Of a stretch of 64,000 nt of DNA, positions 10,317 to 22,163 are shown one piece after another. Source of the DNA: an uncultured Verrucomicrobiae bacterium (GTDB lineage Bacteria; Chlamydiota; Chlamydiia; Chlamydiales; Rhabdochlamydiaceae); assembly GCA_963806855.1 (NCBI GenBank), contig CAWDYW010000001.1, positions 1 through 64,000 of the forward strand, read 5' to 3'. The position numbers were made by a program, and so were the translations under genes. The notes below the pieces were generated by a model. The model saw nothing but the letters and a program-made list of their open reading frames with translations, was not told where the DNA came from and searched no databases. Each line of letters begins with the position of its first letter. The stretch's first letter is position 1.

Positions 10317-11207
10317 ATGAAAACCGCGGTCATCAGCTGTTTGGGATTGGGCGACGGACTGCTCGCACTGGTCCTCTCTAATAATTTGGCCTTAAATGGC
10401 TATGAGGTTGACACATTTCATCCCTTCTTAAATCAGTTGCAAGCCTGGTTTCCTCATCTGCCAATCGCTCCATTTTCTGAGGAAATCGTCGACAAATATC
10501 AACAATTCTTTTTTATCTATGATAAGAAAATGGATCAAGTGATCGAAAGATGCACCAAAGAGTACCCTCATTCGACCTATGTCCTCAATCCGATTGCGAC
10601 CCCACAGTGCGATTACCGCTATTGGGAAGTGGGCCGTTTTAACGGACGGCTGCCCTTTGCCGATAATTTGATGCATTTTTGTCGCGATGTCTTGAAACTC
10701 AAAGATGTGACCAAAGAAAATGGGATCCAGATTATACCCCGCAAATTTGAAAAGCGGGTGGTCATTCACCCAACCAGCTCACGACCATCTAAGAATTGGC
10801 CTAAGGAAAGATTCTTAGAATTTTCCAGGAGGCTAGAGGCAGATGGCTATGAGCCCGCGTGGATCCTCACTCAAGAGGAGCGAAAAGGGTGGCCCGAGGT
10901 CAACAATGCCCCGGTATTTTCCAATCTGTCAGAGATCGCCACATTCGTCGCAGAATCTGGCTCGATGGTCGGCAACGATTCGGGCATTGGCCATTTGGCC
11001 TCCTGCCTAGGTCTTCCGACAGTGACGATTTGCCGTCATGGGATGGTGGCCGATTTTTGGAAGCCAAGCTGGGCAAAGGGAGCCGTCGTTCTCCCCCCAA
11101 AATGGATTCCCAATCTGAAGGGATTTCGCTTCCGAGACAAGCATTGGCAGAAATTTGTTACAGTCGAGCAAGTATTCCACGCATTTAATTCACTCTATAC
11201 CCGTTAA
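10317..11207 (+). CDS. Glycosyltransferase family 9 (heptosyltransferase-like)
   Basis: GLGDGLL, IHPTSSRPSKNWP and VGNDSGIGHLAS. Confidence 0.9.
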   Translation: MKTAVISCLGLGDGLLALVLSNNLALNGYEVDTFHPFLNQLQAWFPHLPIAPFSEEIVDKYQQFFFIYDKKMDQVIERCTKEYPHSTYVLNPIATPQCDYRYWEVGRFNGRLPFADNLMHFCRDVLKLKDVTKENGIQIIPRKFEKRVVIHPTSSRPSKNWPKERFLEFSRRLEADGYEPAWILTQEERKGWPEVNNAPVFSNLSEIATFVAESGSMVGNDSGIGHLASCLGLPTVTICRHGMVADFWKPSWAKGAVVLPPKWIPNLKGFRFRDKHWQKFVTVEQVFHAFNSLYTR

Positions 11208-11237
11208 ATTCCCGATTCTTCAAGTTGTTTCGGTATA
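11196..11237. repeat. Internally deleted remnant of element type B
   Basis: 11207-11237 is the exact reverse complement of 9184-9214 and is preceded by TATACCCG. Confidence 0.85.
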
Positions 11238-11362
11238 ATTCTCCCGCCATCTACTTTATGATAAGTGACTTAAACTCCAACTCAAATATTTATTTTGATT
11301 AACAAACTTGTTTTAGTTACATTAAAAACAAGAGAGGAATCCTCTAATTAAAGGAGAACCAT

Positions 11363-11908
11363 ATGGTAAAACTATTTATGAAGCCTATTATGCTCGGGTT
11401 AGCTGCCTTAGCATTAGGCCTCGGTGTAAATGCTAATTTGTCTGCCGCTTGCGGTGGATGTTGTAATCAATGTGCAAAGCCATGCTGTCCACAACCTTGT
11501 TGTCCGAAGCCATGCCCTTGCCCAAAACCTTGTCCTTGTCCTAAACCTTGCTGTCCTAAACCTTGCTGTCCTAAGCCTTGTTGCCCAAAACCATGCTGTC
11601 CTAAGCCATGTTGTCCTAAGCCTTGCTGCCCAGCTCCATGCCCATGTCCTAAGCCTTGCTGCAAAACTTGCTGCAAACCTGTATGTGGTTGTGGAAACAG
11701 ATGCGGTTCTTGCTGCGGATGTAACGGTAACGGCAACGGTAACGGTAACTACAATGAAGAAGGTAGACGTGAAGATCGAAGAGATGGACGTGAAGATCGA
11801 AGAGATGCTCGTGATGTCAGAGAAGAAAATCAATCTGATGCAACAGCACCTGCAATGAAGCCAGCTCCAACTCAAGCTCCTAGAAATGGTTCAAGAAGCT
11901 CTTACTAA
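11363..11908 (+). CDS. Secreted Cys/Pro-rich repeat protein (CCPKP repeats)
   Basis: AAGGAG RBS, signal peptide, ~36 Cys, (C)CPKP repeats with synonymous variation, GN repeat and REDRRD repeats. Confidence 0.85.
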   Translation: MVKLFMKPIMLGLAALALGLGVNANLSAACGGCCNQCAKPCCPQPCCPKPCPCPKPCPCPKPCCPKPCCPKPCCPKPCCPKPCCPKPCCPAPCPCPKPCCKTCCKPVCGCGNRCGSCCGCNGNGNGNGNYNEEGRREDRRDGREDRRDARDVREENQSDATAPAMKPAPTQAPRNGSRSSY

Positions 11909-13614
11909 GAGTTTCTCAAGACTAGGACGGTTAAGTCATCATGCTGAGCTACATGCTTAGCAAACTGACCAACCTCAGCAATAAGTCGATCGATGAGTTG
12001 CTGAGGTTCTAAAGAACGATTGGTTTTAACAAAGTCAAAAAGGCGACTCTTTCCAAAGAGCTCGCCTTTTTCATTATGGGCCTCGACCACCCCATCGGTA
12101 TATAACAAGAGTAGAGATCCAGGAGCGAGATGGATTGAGCGCACTTCTACCTCTTTCAATAGCGAGACGCCCAAAGCGATCCCATCGGTCGTTAATTCTT
12201 CAATATCCCCATTTGGATGCATGAGCAGCGCAGGATAATGGCCTGCCGAAGTATAGGTTAGCGTTTGTCCCTCTATATGGTAAAAACCGACCCATGCTGT
12301 TACAAAATTGCTCGTGGCTTGCACATCGCGATAAAAGAGATTATTGGTTTGCAGAATCGTGTCGGATAGCTTTTCCTCTGTTTGGGTGAAACTGCGGAGC
12401 AAACTTCTGGCGATCAGCGAATAGAGACAAGCTGAGACCCCCTTATCAGAAGCATCGGCGATCGCAAGCATCATCTGATTCTGATCCTTAACAAAGAGAT
12501 CATAGAAATCGCCTCCCACCTCTTTTGCAGGGACAAATCCTTGGCCAAATTTCAGGCCGGGAAATTGAGGAATCTCTTTAGGCAATAGCTCCAGCTGAAC
12601 CGCCTGCCCAATTTGGAGCTCTTTGAGGAGCAGCTCCGACTTGACCCGCTCAGTTTTCGCCTCCTCCATATTGTGCAGGAGAGCCTCGATCATCTCATTG
12701 AATTTCATCCCCAAGGTGTTGATCTCAAACCCGAACCGGTCGCTCTGGTACCTCCGATCGTAATCTTTCACCTCGACAGCATCCATCACAGCTCCAAGCT
12801 GATCATAGGGGCGGGCCATTCGACGGACCAACCTCCATGCCCCGATCCCGCCGATGATGATGAGCAGAATCATGAACTCGGCGAGCCGCTTAAAGATGTT
12901 CCCCCCTTCGAGCTGCTTGACCTGCTCGCGCGAAATTTCAATTTGGAAATCGAAAAGAGCTCTGGGCATGTGGAGGCGCAAGGAGAGATGTTTATTGCGC
13001 AGGGAGAAGGCCTCCTTGAAACCTAAAGCGGGTAAGGGGAGATTAAAGATAACCTCCTGGGAATGGTCAAAATGTCTAGCTGTGGAAAGGGCAAATGCTC
13101 CGGACTCATCCCTTAAAGAGATATCAAACTGAGGATTAGGAACAAAAAGATCGATCCAAGCCAGCCCATCGACACTAAGTCCCCGTACCATATTGTCAAA
13201 TCGTTTAAGGACAAAGATCTCTTCCTGATTGGAATAGGGGTTAAATCCAGCAAAAACAACGATCCCCTCGCTAAATGCCGTGTCAAGCTGGTCTGGAAAA
13301 AAGTCGCTTTTCCCCTCCATTGCTTTGACTGAAGAGGTGGTAATTTTCCGCTGCTGATCGATGACAAAGAGGGTAGACGAACCGGGCGAATTCATGTTCT
13401 GAAGTTCCAATTCTTTTAACCGAAGCCATTCGTCATAGATCTCTAAACTCGATTCTCCGAGCATTCTAAGCTCAGAAAAAATCGTGTCGAGCTTGATCCG
13501 CCAATCCCGGTCCCAGATGATTGCAGAGTAAAATATGAGCGGAATGATGATCAATGTTAGACAGATCACCAAAATCCTACGAGCTAGAGAGCCATAAAAC
13601 TTCTTTTTTGCCAT
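11905..13614 (-). CDS. rsbU: PP2C/SpoIIE phosphatase with TM and HAMP (RsbU-like)
   Basis: EVGGDFYD, IADASDKG, LYTDGVVEA and DDLT. Confidence 0.85.
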   Translation of the reverse strand: MAKKKFYGSLARRILVICLTLIIIPLIFYSAIIWDRDWRIKLDTIFSELRMLGESSLEIYDEWLRLKELELQNMNSPGSSTLFVIDQQRKITTSSVKAMEGKSDFFPDQLDTAFSEGIVVFAGFNPYSNQEEIFVLKRFDNMVRGLSVDGLAWIDLFVPNPQFDISLRDESGAFALSTARHFDHSQEVIFNLPLPALGFKEAFSLRNKHLSLRLHMPRALFDFQIEISREQVKQLEGGNIFKRLAEFMILLIIIGGIGAWRLVRRMARPYDQLGAVMDAVEVKDYDRRYQSDRFGFEINTLGMKFNEMIEALLHNMEEAKTERVKSELLLKELQIGQAVQLELLPKEIPQFPGLKFGQGFVPAKEVGGDFYDLFVKDQNQMMLAIADASDKGVSACLYSLIARSLLRSFTQTEEKLSDTILQTNNLFYRDVQATSNFVTAWVGFYHIEGQTLTYTSAGHYPALLMHPNGDIEELTTDGIALGVSLLKEVEVRSIHLAPGSLLLLYTDGVVEAHNEKGELFGKSRLFDFVKTNRSLEPQQLIDRLIAEVGQFAKHVAQHDDLTVLVLRNS

Positions 13615-13625
13615 AATGCTGAATC

Positions 13626-14369
13626 ATGATACCAAAAGAAGTCAGCAGCCTGCAACACCCAATTGTCAAAACCTTCGTTAAATTGCGCACTTCGCGCAAA
13701 TTTCGTTATGAACATCGGCAACTGGTCATCGCCGGAATCAAACAAGTTTCAGAAGCGAAAGAAGTGGAAGTGTTGCTGCTGCGAAAAGGGTTTTCACTTG
13801 GCAAATCGGCCAAACGAATCTTCTATGTCACTGAAGAGATTCTCAAAAAGGTCACCGGATTAGAATCTCCCGAGCCGGCCGCCGCGATCGTTTCCATGCC
13901 CCCTTGGAGCAAACTGGAAGGGAAGAAAAAAATTGTTGTTTTCGATGGGATCGCCGACCCAGGCAATCTCGGGACCCTACTGCGCACTGCGCTGGCCCTC
14001 GGCTGGGATGGCGCTTTCCTCACAGAAGATTGTGTCGACCCTTTTAACGACAAAGCCCTTCGCGCCGCCAAGGGAGCCACATTTTTATTGCCCTTGAGAG
14101 TCGGAAGTGTTGAAGAGCTCCTCCAGCTGATGGCAGGCACCCAATCTTTTGTCGCAGATATGAATGGGACCCCTCTGCCAAATGTAAAGCCGGAAGAAAA
14201 GCTGATTCTAATTCTCGGAAATGAGGCGAAGGGGGTGTCAGAAAAGCTAAAAATGCAATGTGATAAAGTTGCGGTGCCCATAGCCCACATCGAATCGCTC
14301 AATGTGGCCGCAGCCGGAGCGATCTTGATGTACAACTTAGGTTGCGTTCAGCATCGTACCGGAGACTAG
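13626..14369 (+). CDS. TrmH/SpoU family RNA methyltransferase
   Basis: DPGNLGTLLRTA, GNEAKG and ESLNVAAA. Confidence 0.92.
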   Translation: MIPKEVSSLQHPIVKTFVKLRTSRKFRYEHRQLVIAGIKQVSEAKEVEVLLLRKGFSLGKSAKRIFYVTEEILKKVTGLESPEPAAAIVSMPPWSKLEGKKKIVVFDGIADPGNLGTLLRTALALGWDGAFLTEDCVDPFNDKALRAAKGATFLLPLRVGSVEELLQLMAGTQSFVADMNGTPLPNVKPEEKLILILGNEAKGVSEKLKMQCDKVAVPIAHIESLNVAAAGAILMYNLGCVQHRTGD

Positions 14370-14978
14370 ATTGTGATCTGCGAGATCGCATGGGGCGATC
14401 CTGATTTCATCTTTTGTCACCGTGACGGCTAAATTTCTTCCCTCAATCTGATCTTTGCAGAGGATCATTTTACCTTCGAAGAGAACCGTTTTCCCCTTGA
14501 CTGTTCCATAAGAAGTTGCCACAAGAGTCACTAATGTGAGGATATCAAAATTCTCTTCCTTTTTTGTCTTATCATCAGTGCCCGTTTGGACAACGTAAAT
14601 CAAAGCTTTTTCAGTCTCTTTTATTTGCGCTTCGATTTGCGGCTCGACTATGATCTGAAGCTTAATGTCACGGATCTCCAAGATACGCCTGATCTTTTCC
14701 AGTGACCACTTTCCTGGTATGAGGATAACTCGACAACTATCACCAAAAGGGACCGTTGTAGTTAATTCAAATATACGCTGTTTTAAGCATTCTAGCTTTT
14801 CAATTTTTAGATCGAACTCGACTCCAGGGAAATTAGCCCAAGCTCCTTCACCCCAATATTTTTTACCGCGAAATACCATCCCTAGTTGCTCCATCCGATT
14901 TGAAGTTTGTAAATTAGCGTTTTGATTTGGTAAATCGACAAAATTAACTGATGACGACCTGCCTATTGGCTTAAACAT
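14337..14978 (-). CDS. Hypothetical protein, tandem paralog 1
   Basis: C-terminal half nearly identical to 15268..15897 (EPQIEAQIKETEKA, TLVTLVATSxGTVKG). Confidence 0.75.
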   Translation of the reverse strand: MFKPIGRSSSVNFVDLPNQNANLQTSNRMEQLGMVFRGKKYWGEGAWANFPGVEFDLKIEKLECLKQRIFELTTTVPFGDSCRVILIPGKWSLEKIRRILEIRDIKLQIIVEPQIEAQIKETEKALIYVVQTGTDDKTKKEENFDILTLVTLVATSYGTVKGKTVLFEGKMILCKDQIEGRNLAVTVTKDEIRIAPCDLADHNLVSGTMLNAT

Positions 14979-15097
14979 CTTATTGACCTCATTTTAATTA
15001 AAAAAAATAGCAAGTTTTTTCTATTTAAATAAACCAAAAAATTCTCTATAAATTTTCAAATTGATGCCAGGCTGCCGCTCTTTTGTCGCCGATAATT

Positions 15098-15267
15098 GAA
15101 CCTATCCAAGTAAAATTTTTCGTCGATTTTCGGGATTATTTTGGTCGCTTTTCAATTCAAATTCGGGGGGTAATATCAGCCTCACGCATATGACCCCCCG
15201 AATTTGAATTGAAAATCGGCTCAAAAGAACCCGAAAATCGACCGAAACTTTTTACTTGGATAGGTTC
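15098..15267. mobile_element. Palindromic MITE-like element, core type A with different termini
   Basis: GAACCTATCCAAGTAAAA..TTTTACTTGGATAGGTTC arms around the same core as 3910-4082. Confidence 0.85.
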
Positions 15268-15897
15268 TTAGGTTGCTTTCACCATCGTACCGGAGACTAC
15301 ATTGGGATCTGAGGGATCGCATTGGGCGATCCTGATTTCGTCTTTTGTCACCATGACAGCTAAATTTCTTCCATCCTGATCATTGCAGAGGATCGTTTTG
15401 CCTTCGAAGAGTACCGTTTGCCCTTTGACTGTTCCATGAGAAGTTGCCACAAGAGTCACTAAGGTAATGAGATCAAAATTTTCTCCTTCTATTGACGTAT
15501 CCTCCGTGTTTGTTTGGACAACGTAAATCGCAGCTTTTTCAGTCTCTTTTATTTGCGCTTCGATTTGAGGCTCGATTATAATCGGAAGAGTAATGTTTGC
15601 TTTCTTCAAAATCAGCCTGATCTTTTCCAGTGACAACCTTCCTGGTATCAAGATAACCCGCATATCATCTTCTCTATAGGTATTTCGAGCTAGTTCATAA
15701 ATACAAATACTTAAGGGCTCTGGGTTCTCGATCGTCAGATCTAAATTGAATCCGCGGAAATGACCCCAAGAGTTTTCGCCCCAACATTTTCTTTGGGGGA
15801 ATAATGTTTCGAGTTCAGCCATCCGCTTTGATGTTTCTGGTTCAGCATTTTCTTTTACTAAACCACTTAAATTTGACATTGCCGCAGGCACTATCAT
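15268..15897 (-). CDS. Hypothetical protein, tandem paralog 2
   Basis: Paralog of 14337..14978; GGAG RBS. Confidence 0.75.
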   Translation of the reverse strand: MIVPAAMSNLSGLVKENAEPETSKRMAELETLFPQRKCWGENSWGHFRGFNLDLTIENPEPLSICIYELARNTYREDDMRVILIPGRLSLEKIRLILKKANITLPIIIEPQIEAQIKETEKAAIYVVQTNTEDTSIEGENFDLITLVTLVATSHGTVKGQTVLFEGKTILCNDQDGRNLAVMVTKDEIRIAQCDPSDPNVVSGTMVKAT

Positions 15898-15981
15898 ATT
15901 AACTCCATATTAAATTTCCATATTAATCTATCAAATTTTTCTATTTAAATAAAGTCAAATAATCGATATCATCTATACTAT

Positions 15982-18361
<2,380 letters not shown>

Positions 18362-18520
18362 GAAAACTATTAGTTATTGCGTATTTGTGTAGTTAATTAT
18401 TTTAAACGCAAAGACGCAAAGGCGCAGAAAAACCGGTTTTGACATCTCTTTTGTTTTGTTGAACCCACCCCGTAGATAACCCAAAGATCTTGAAATCGGT
18501 CGACCAGAGCACTTATCGCC

Positions 18521-18714
18521 AATTTATACCCATTTATACTCGATTTCAGGTATAAATGAGTATAAATTCCCCTTTCGAAGACCTTTACGAGCCCTAAAAC
18601 AGGTAAAATTAAATTGACTTCTTAAGCATAACTCACTATATATTAACCAGTTATGAAAATGCCCCTAGAATTTATACCCATTTATACTCGATTTCAGGTA
18701 TAAATGGGTGTAAA
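18521..18714. promoter_or_regulatory. Two ~46-bp palindromes (18521-18568, 18669-18714) flanking a sigma70-type promoter
   Basis: TTTATACCCATTTATAC-TCGATTTCAG-GTATAAATG(A/G)GT(A/G)TAAA twice; TTGACT(18614)-N17-TATATA between them. Confidence 0.75.
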
Positions 18715-18726
18715 CAGGAATAAATC

Positions 18727-19926
18727 ATGCATCCATACAAAAATCCATTTTCCCCCGGCGCCGGAGCCCCACCACCTGAATTGGTTGGAAGGGACCCTAT
18801 TCTTGAGGAGGCAACTTTGCTTCTTGGACGAGTAAGAAGGAAGCGGCCTGAAAAAAGCATGCTTCTTACCGGACTTCGCGGTGTTGGCAAAACTGTTTTA
18901 CTTAATGTCATTGAACAAAAAGCGAAAGAGGAAGGATATCGAACAATTTTAATCGAAGCCCACGAAGGGAAAGATTTAGGTGCATTAATCGCCCCACATC
19001 TCTGGAAGCTCCTTTTTGAACTGGATCGTATGACTGGCCTTTCTAACAAAGTTAGACGAGGCTTCTCTGTTCTGCGCAGTTTCATCTCTGCTCTTAAAGT
19101 AACTGTTAATGATGTGACGATCGGTTTAGACATTGAGCCAGAAAGAGGAGCTGCGGATAGCGGGGATTTGGAAATCGATTTGCCAAACCTTTTTGTCGCA
19201 TTGGGAGAAGCTGCCCAAGAGTGCAATACCGCGATTGCGATTTTCATCGATGAAATTCAATATTTAACGTTAAAAGAACTAGGGTCTTTGATCATGGCAA
19301 TGCATAAAATTCAGCAACGCTGCCTTCCCTTAGTTCTCATAGGCGCTGGCCTGCCGATATTGCCCGGTTTGGCCGGAGAATCCAAGTCATATGCTGAACG
19401 GCTTCTCAATTTCCCCGATATTGGGGCTCTATCGGAATCAGATGCAGCAAAGGCACTCAATGATCCAGCTCAGGTAGAGGGAGTAGTGTTTGAACCACCT
19501 GCTTTGGCAGAAATCTATCGTATGACAAAAGGATACCCTTATTTTCTTCAAGAATGGGGCTATCAATCGTGGCACCATGCCAAGGAAAGTCCAATTACTT
19601 TTGAAGATGTTCAAGAAGCCACAAAATCAGTCTTAAAGAGACTGGATAAAAACTTTTTTCGCGTTCGATTTGACCGCCTTGTTCCCAGTGAAAAAAACTT
19701 TTTAAGAGCCATGGCTGAACTGGGGCCTGGTCTTCATAGAACTGGAGATATTGCAGATATTTTGAATTTGAAAATTACCAGTCTTGCTCCAGTGAGATCA
19801 AAATTGATCAAAAAGGGAATGATCTACAGCCCAGCTCATGGGGAAATTGCGTTTACCGTTCCACTCTTTGATGAATTCATGGTTAGAGCAATTCCCCATC
19901 TTAAACAATCAATCATTACCAAATAG
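18727..19926 (+). CDS. AAA ATPase (STAND-like) with probable C-terminal winged helix
   Basis: NPFSPGAG, GLRGVGKT, FIDEIQ, TKGYPYFLQ and RSKLIKKGMIY. Confidence 0.85.
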   Translation: MHPYKNPFSPGAGAPPPELVGRDPILEEATLLLGRVRRKRPEKSMLLTGLRGVGKTVLLNVIEQKAKEEGYRTILIEAHEGKDLGALIAPHLWKLLFELDRMTGLSNKVRRGFSVLRSFISALKVTVNDVTIGLDIEPERGAADSGDLEIDLPNLFVALGEAAQECNTAIAIFIDEIQYLTLKELGSLIMAMHKIQQRCLPLVLIGAGLPILPGLAGESKSYAERLLNFPDIGALSESDAAKALNDPAQVEGVVFEPPALAEIYRMTKGYPYFLQEWGYQSWHHAKESPITFEDVQEATKSVLKRLDKNFFRVRFDRLVPSEKNFLRAMAELGPGLHRTGDIADILNLKITSLAPVRSKLIKKGMIYSPAHGEIAFTVPLFDEFMVRAIPHLKQSIITK

Positions 19927-20183
19927 CAGTGCCTTCTTCTTTCGAATTAAGGGATCTCTTTTGTTTTGTTGAAGTAGACTGCTGATGATCGAGGACCAGC
20001 TACGCTCCTCTTCGATCTACTACAAGTCTGGCAAATAAGAAATTCTTAATGGATCTCTAGACAGTTTGGCAAAGCTCGAATTGCAGATGAACCCGAGTTT
20101 TGCAATTCCCTCCATTGCTTTTTGCTACAACTTCCTGGAACCCTCAACGCCGCCGCTCTCGATGTCGCCGCCGAAGTGGTAAC

Positions 20184-21268
20184 CTATGCCTCTTTGTCAA
20201 AGGGGACTATTGGAAGAGTGTCAGGTATAGCTGTAGAAGTATTAGCAGAAGTCACGGGAGGGGCTGTTACGGGAGCAACAACGGATTTTGGGACTGCAAG
20301 GTTGGTTGCCATTCTCTCAAGCGCTTCATATGTATTCGGCATGATAACTCCAAATTCTTCGAATACTTTTTTCTGATAAGCATCTACAGTTTTTTGATCT
20401 TCAGGACTTAGCTCAATATAGCTTTTGTCTCCAAAAATCAACGCCCCTGCCCTTTCAGCCAAACTCTCCAAATCTTCCTCTTGAGCATCGGGGATTTTAT
20501 GATTACGCTCCCACTCTGCAAGCCATTGGAGCTCTTGTACGGAATAGGCACATTTCTGATCCGCTTGCTTGATTAAAGCCTTTGTTTCCTCCACTCTTTC
20601 TTCTATCGACATCAATCCATTCGCAGGGTACTCAGGCATAGGATTCTTCCTAGGATGAAAGTAGAAGAAATAATGTGCATACCATCTATCTGTATCCCAC
20701 TGACTCCGGTGTTTTAAGGAGGAGTTCTTCAACGCTTCATTGACTTTTGCAGCCTCATGTGTTGGTTGTTTAGAAACCTGCGCGCTCATCTCAAAAACAT
20801 CTGTATCTATGTTATAAACATCAGTCCATAGAGGAAATTCTCCTTCGGCAATCATGGCCGCTTTAACAGCTGGGATGCATATGGGCGGCCTGCGCAGCAC
20901 AAGCACCTGAGTTAAATGCTCTGCAGCGGATATTTTTAAAACTTCTACCTTATTTCCAAGGATATGACTTGAGGCTTGGACGCGTGATCGTAGCTCTTCA
21001 AATCACTGTTACCTTTTTTCGGAATGCCATGTATTTAGCCATAGGCTAATTTCATAAGGGCCGCCCAATAGATGCTTATATATAGACTGTTTGAGTTGCA
21101 GGGAAGTTTCTGGATGTTCCTTCAGCCAACGAGGTGGCGAGGAATCGCATTCCACATCCTCCAGCCAGGACACCCTTCTAATAGAGCTTAATGGACGGAT
21201 ATTCAGAAGATGACTTGCGCGCATTCTGAATCCTTGATACTACACGTTCTAGTGACTTGCATTGCCAT
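20184..21268 (-). pseudogene. Fragmented hypothetical gene
   Basis: GGAGG-N3-ATG at 21268, then ORF pieces 21009..21224 and 20184..20906 in different frames. Confidence 0.5.
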
Positions 21269-21725
21269 AGCGCCTCCAGTCGCTGTATAAATAAAGCGAA
21301 TATGTATACCCAGCGGCACCTTTTAAAAAAACAAGATTCCGCTGGTTATGTGAATTGCATACCCAGCGGAATCCAGAAACTTATGTTACAACTAATTTAT
21401 TTACAATAAGTTATGAAATTACGCCTTCACATTGTTAACAGTTTTAAACGCAAAGCATAACCAGTCCCTTAGGCGTTGTTGCGCAATCAGGACGCCTGCA
21501 AAGTCCATAATGGTCACAACAGGGCACAACGATGTGAACGATACAATGATAAGAACGATGAAAAAAGAAAAAATTCCCCATCTTAAACAATCAATCATTA
21601 TCAAATAGCAGCGCCTGTCCTTTCGAATTAAGACATCTCTTTTGTTTTGTTGAAGCAGTCTGCTGATGATCGAGGATCAGCTTCATTACGCTTCGATCTA
21701 CTACAAGCCTGGCAGATAAGAAATC

Positions 21726-21761
21726 AAAAAGGATCCGCTGTGTATACAACGGATCCTTTTT
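21726..21761. terminator. Bidirectional intrinsic terminator
   Basis: AAAAAGGATCCG..CGGATCCTTTTT. Confidence 0.8.
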
Positions 21762-21802
21762 AAGAATTTTTGAAACGAAGAACTGTATACATCAGCCTCG
21801 TT

Positions 21803-21938
21803 TTACTTTTTCTCGCACTTGTGCCAAGTGTTAGGCACCATCATTTTTCCACAAGATGGACATTTAATTAGGAAATTTGTAGCGAATATAGGCGCACTTA
21901 TCAATGCGCCAATAAGAACAACCTGCTAGAATTTTCAT
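21803..21938 (-). pseudogene. Small (~44 aa) secreted CxxC...HxC peptide with a 1-bp frameshift
   Basis: AAGGAGG RBS and ATG 21938; second frame reads VVLIGALISAPIFATNFLIKCPSCGKMMVPNTWHKCEKK*. Confidence 0.55.
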
Positions 21939-22163
21939 ATCAACCCTCCTTGACTAAGATTTATATACGAAAGAGAAAATTTATTCCAAGAATCCTTTTG
22001 GCAAATATCTCCATTTGTCAGGCCATCAGCAAAGTCATTTGAGACATTGGACAAAAAAACCGGTTGGAACGATATAACGATGTGATTTTTTATCATTTTT
22101 TTCATTGCTCACTTCATTGTGCCCCGTTATCACCATTAAGGATTTTGCAGGTGCCCTGCTCTA

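Noticed and set aside
11478..11680. Non-coding tandem repeat and alternative ORFs 11414..11875, 11430..11858, 11467..11736
   Set aside because: Variation falls at third positions of the Cys-Pro frame, so the other ORFs are shadows
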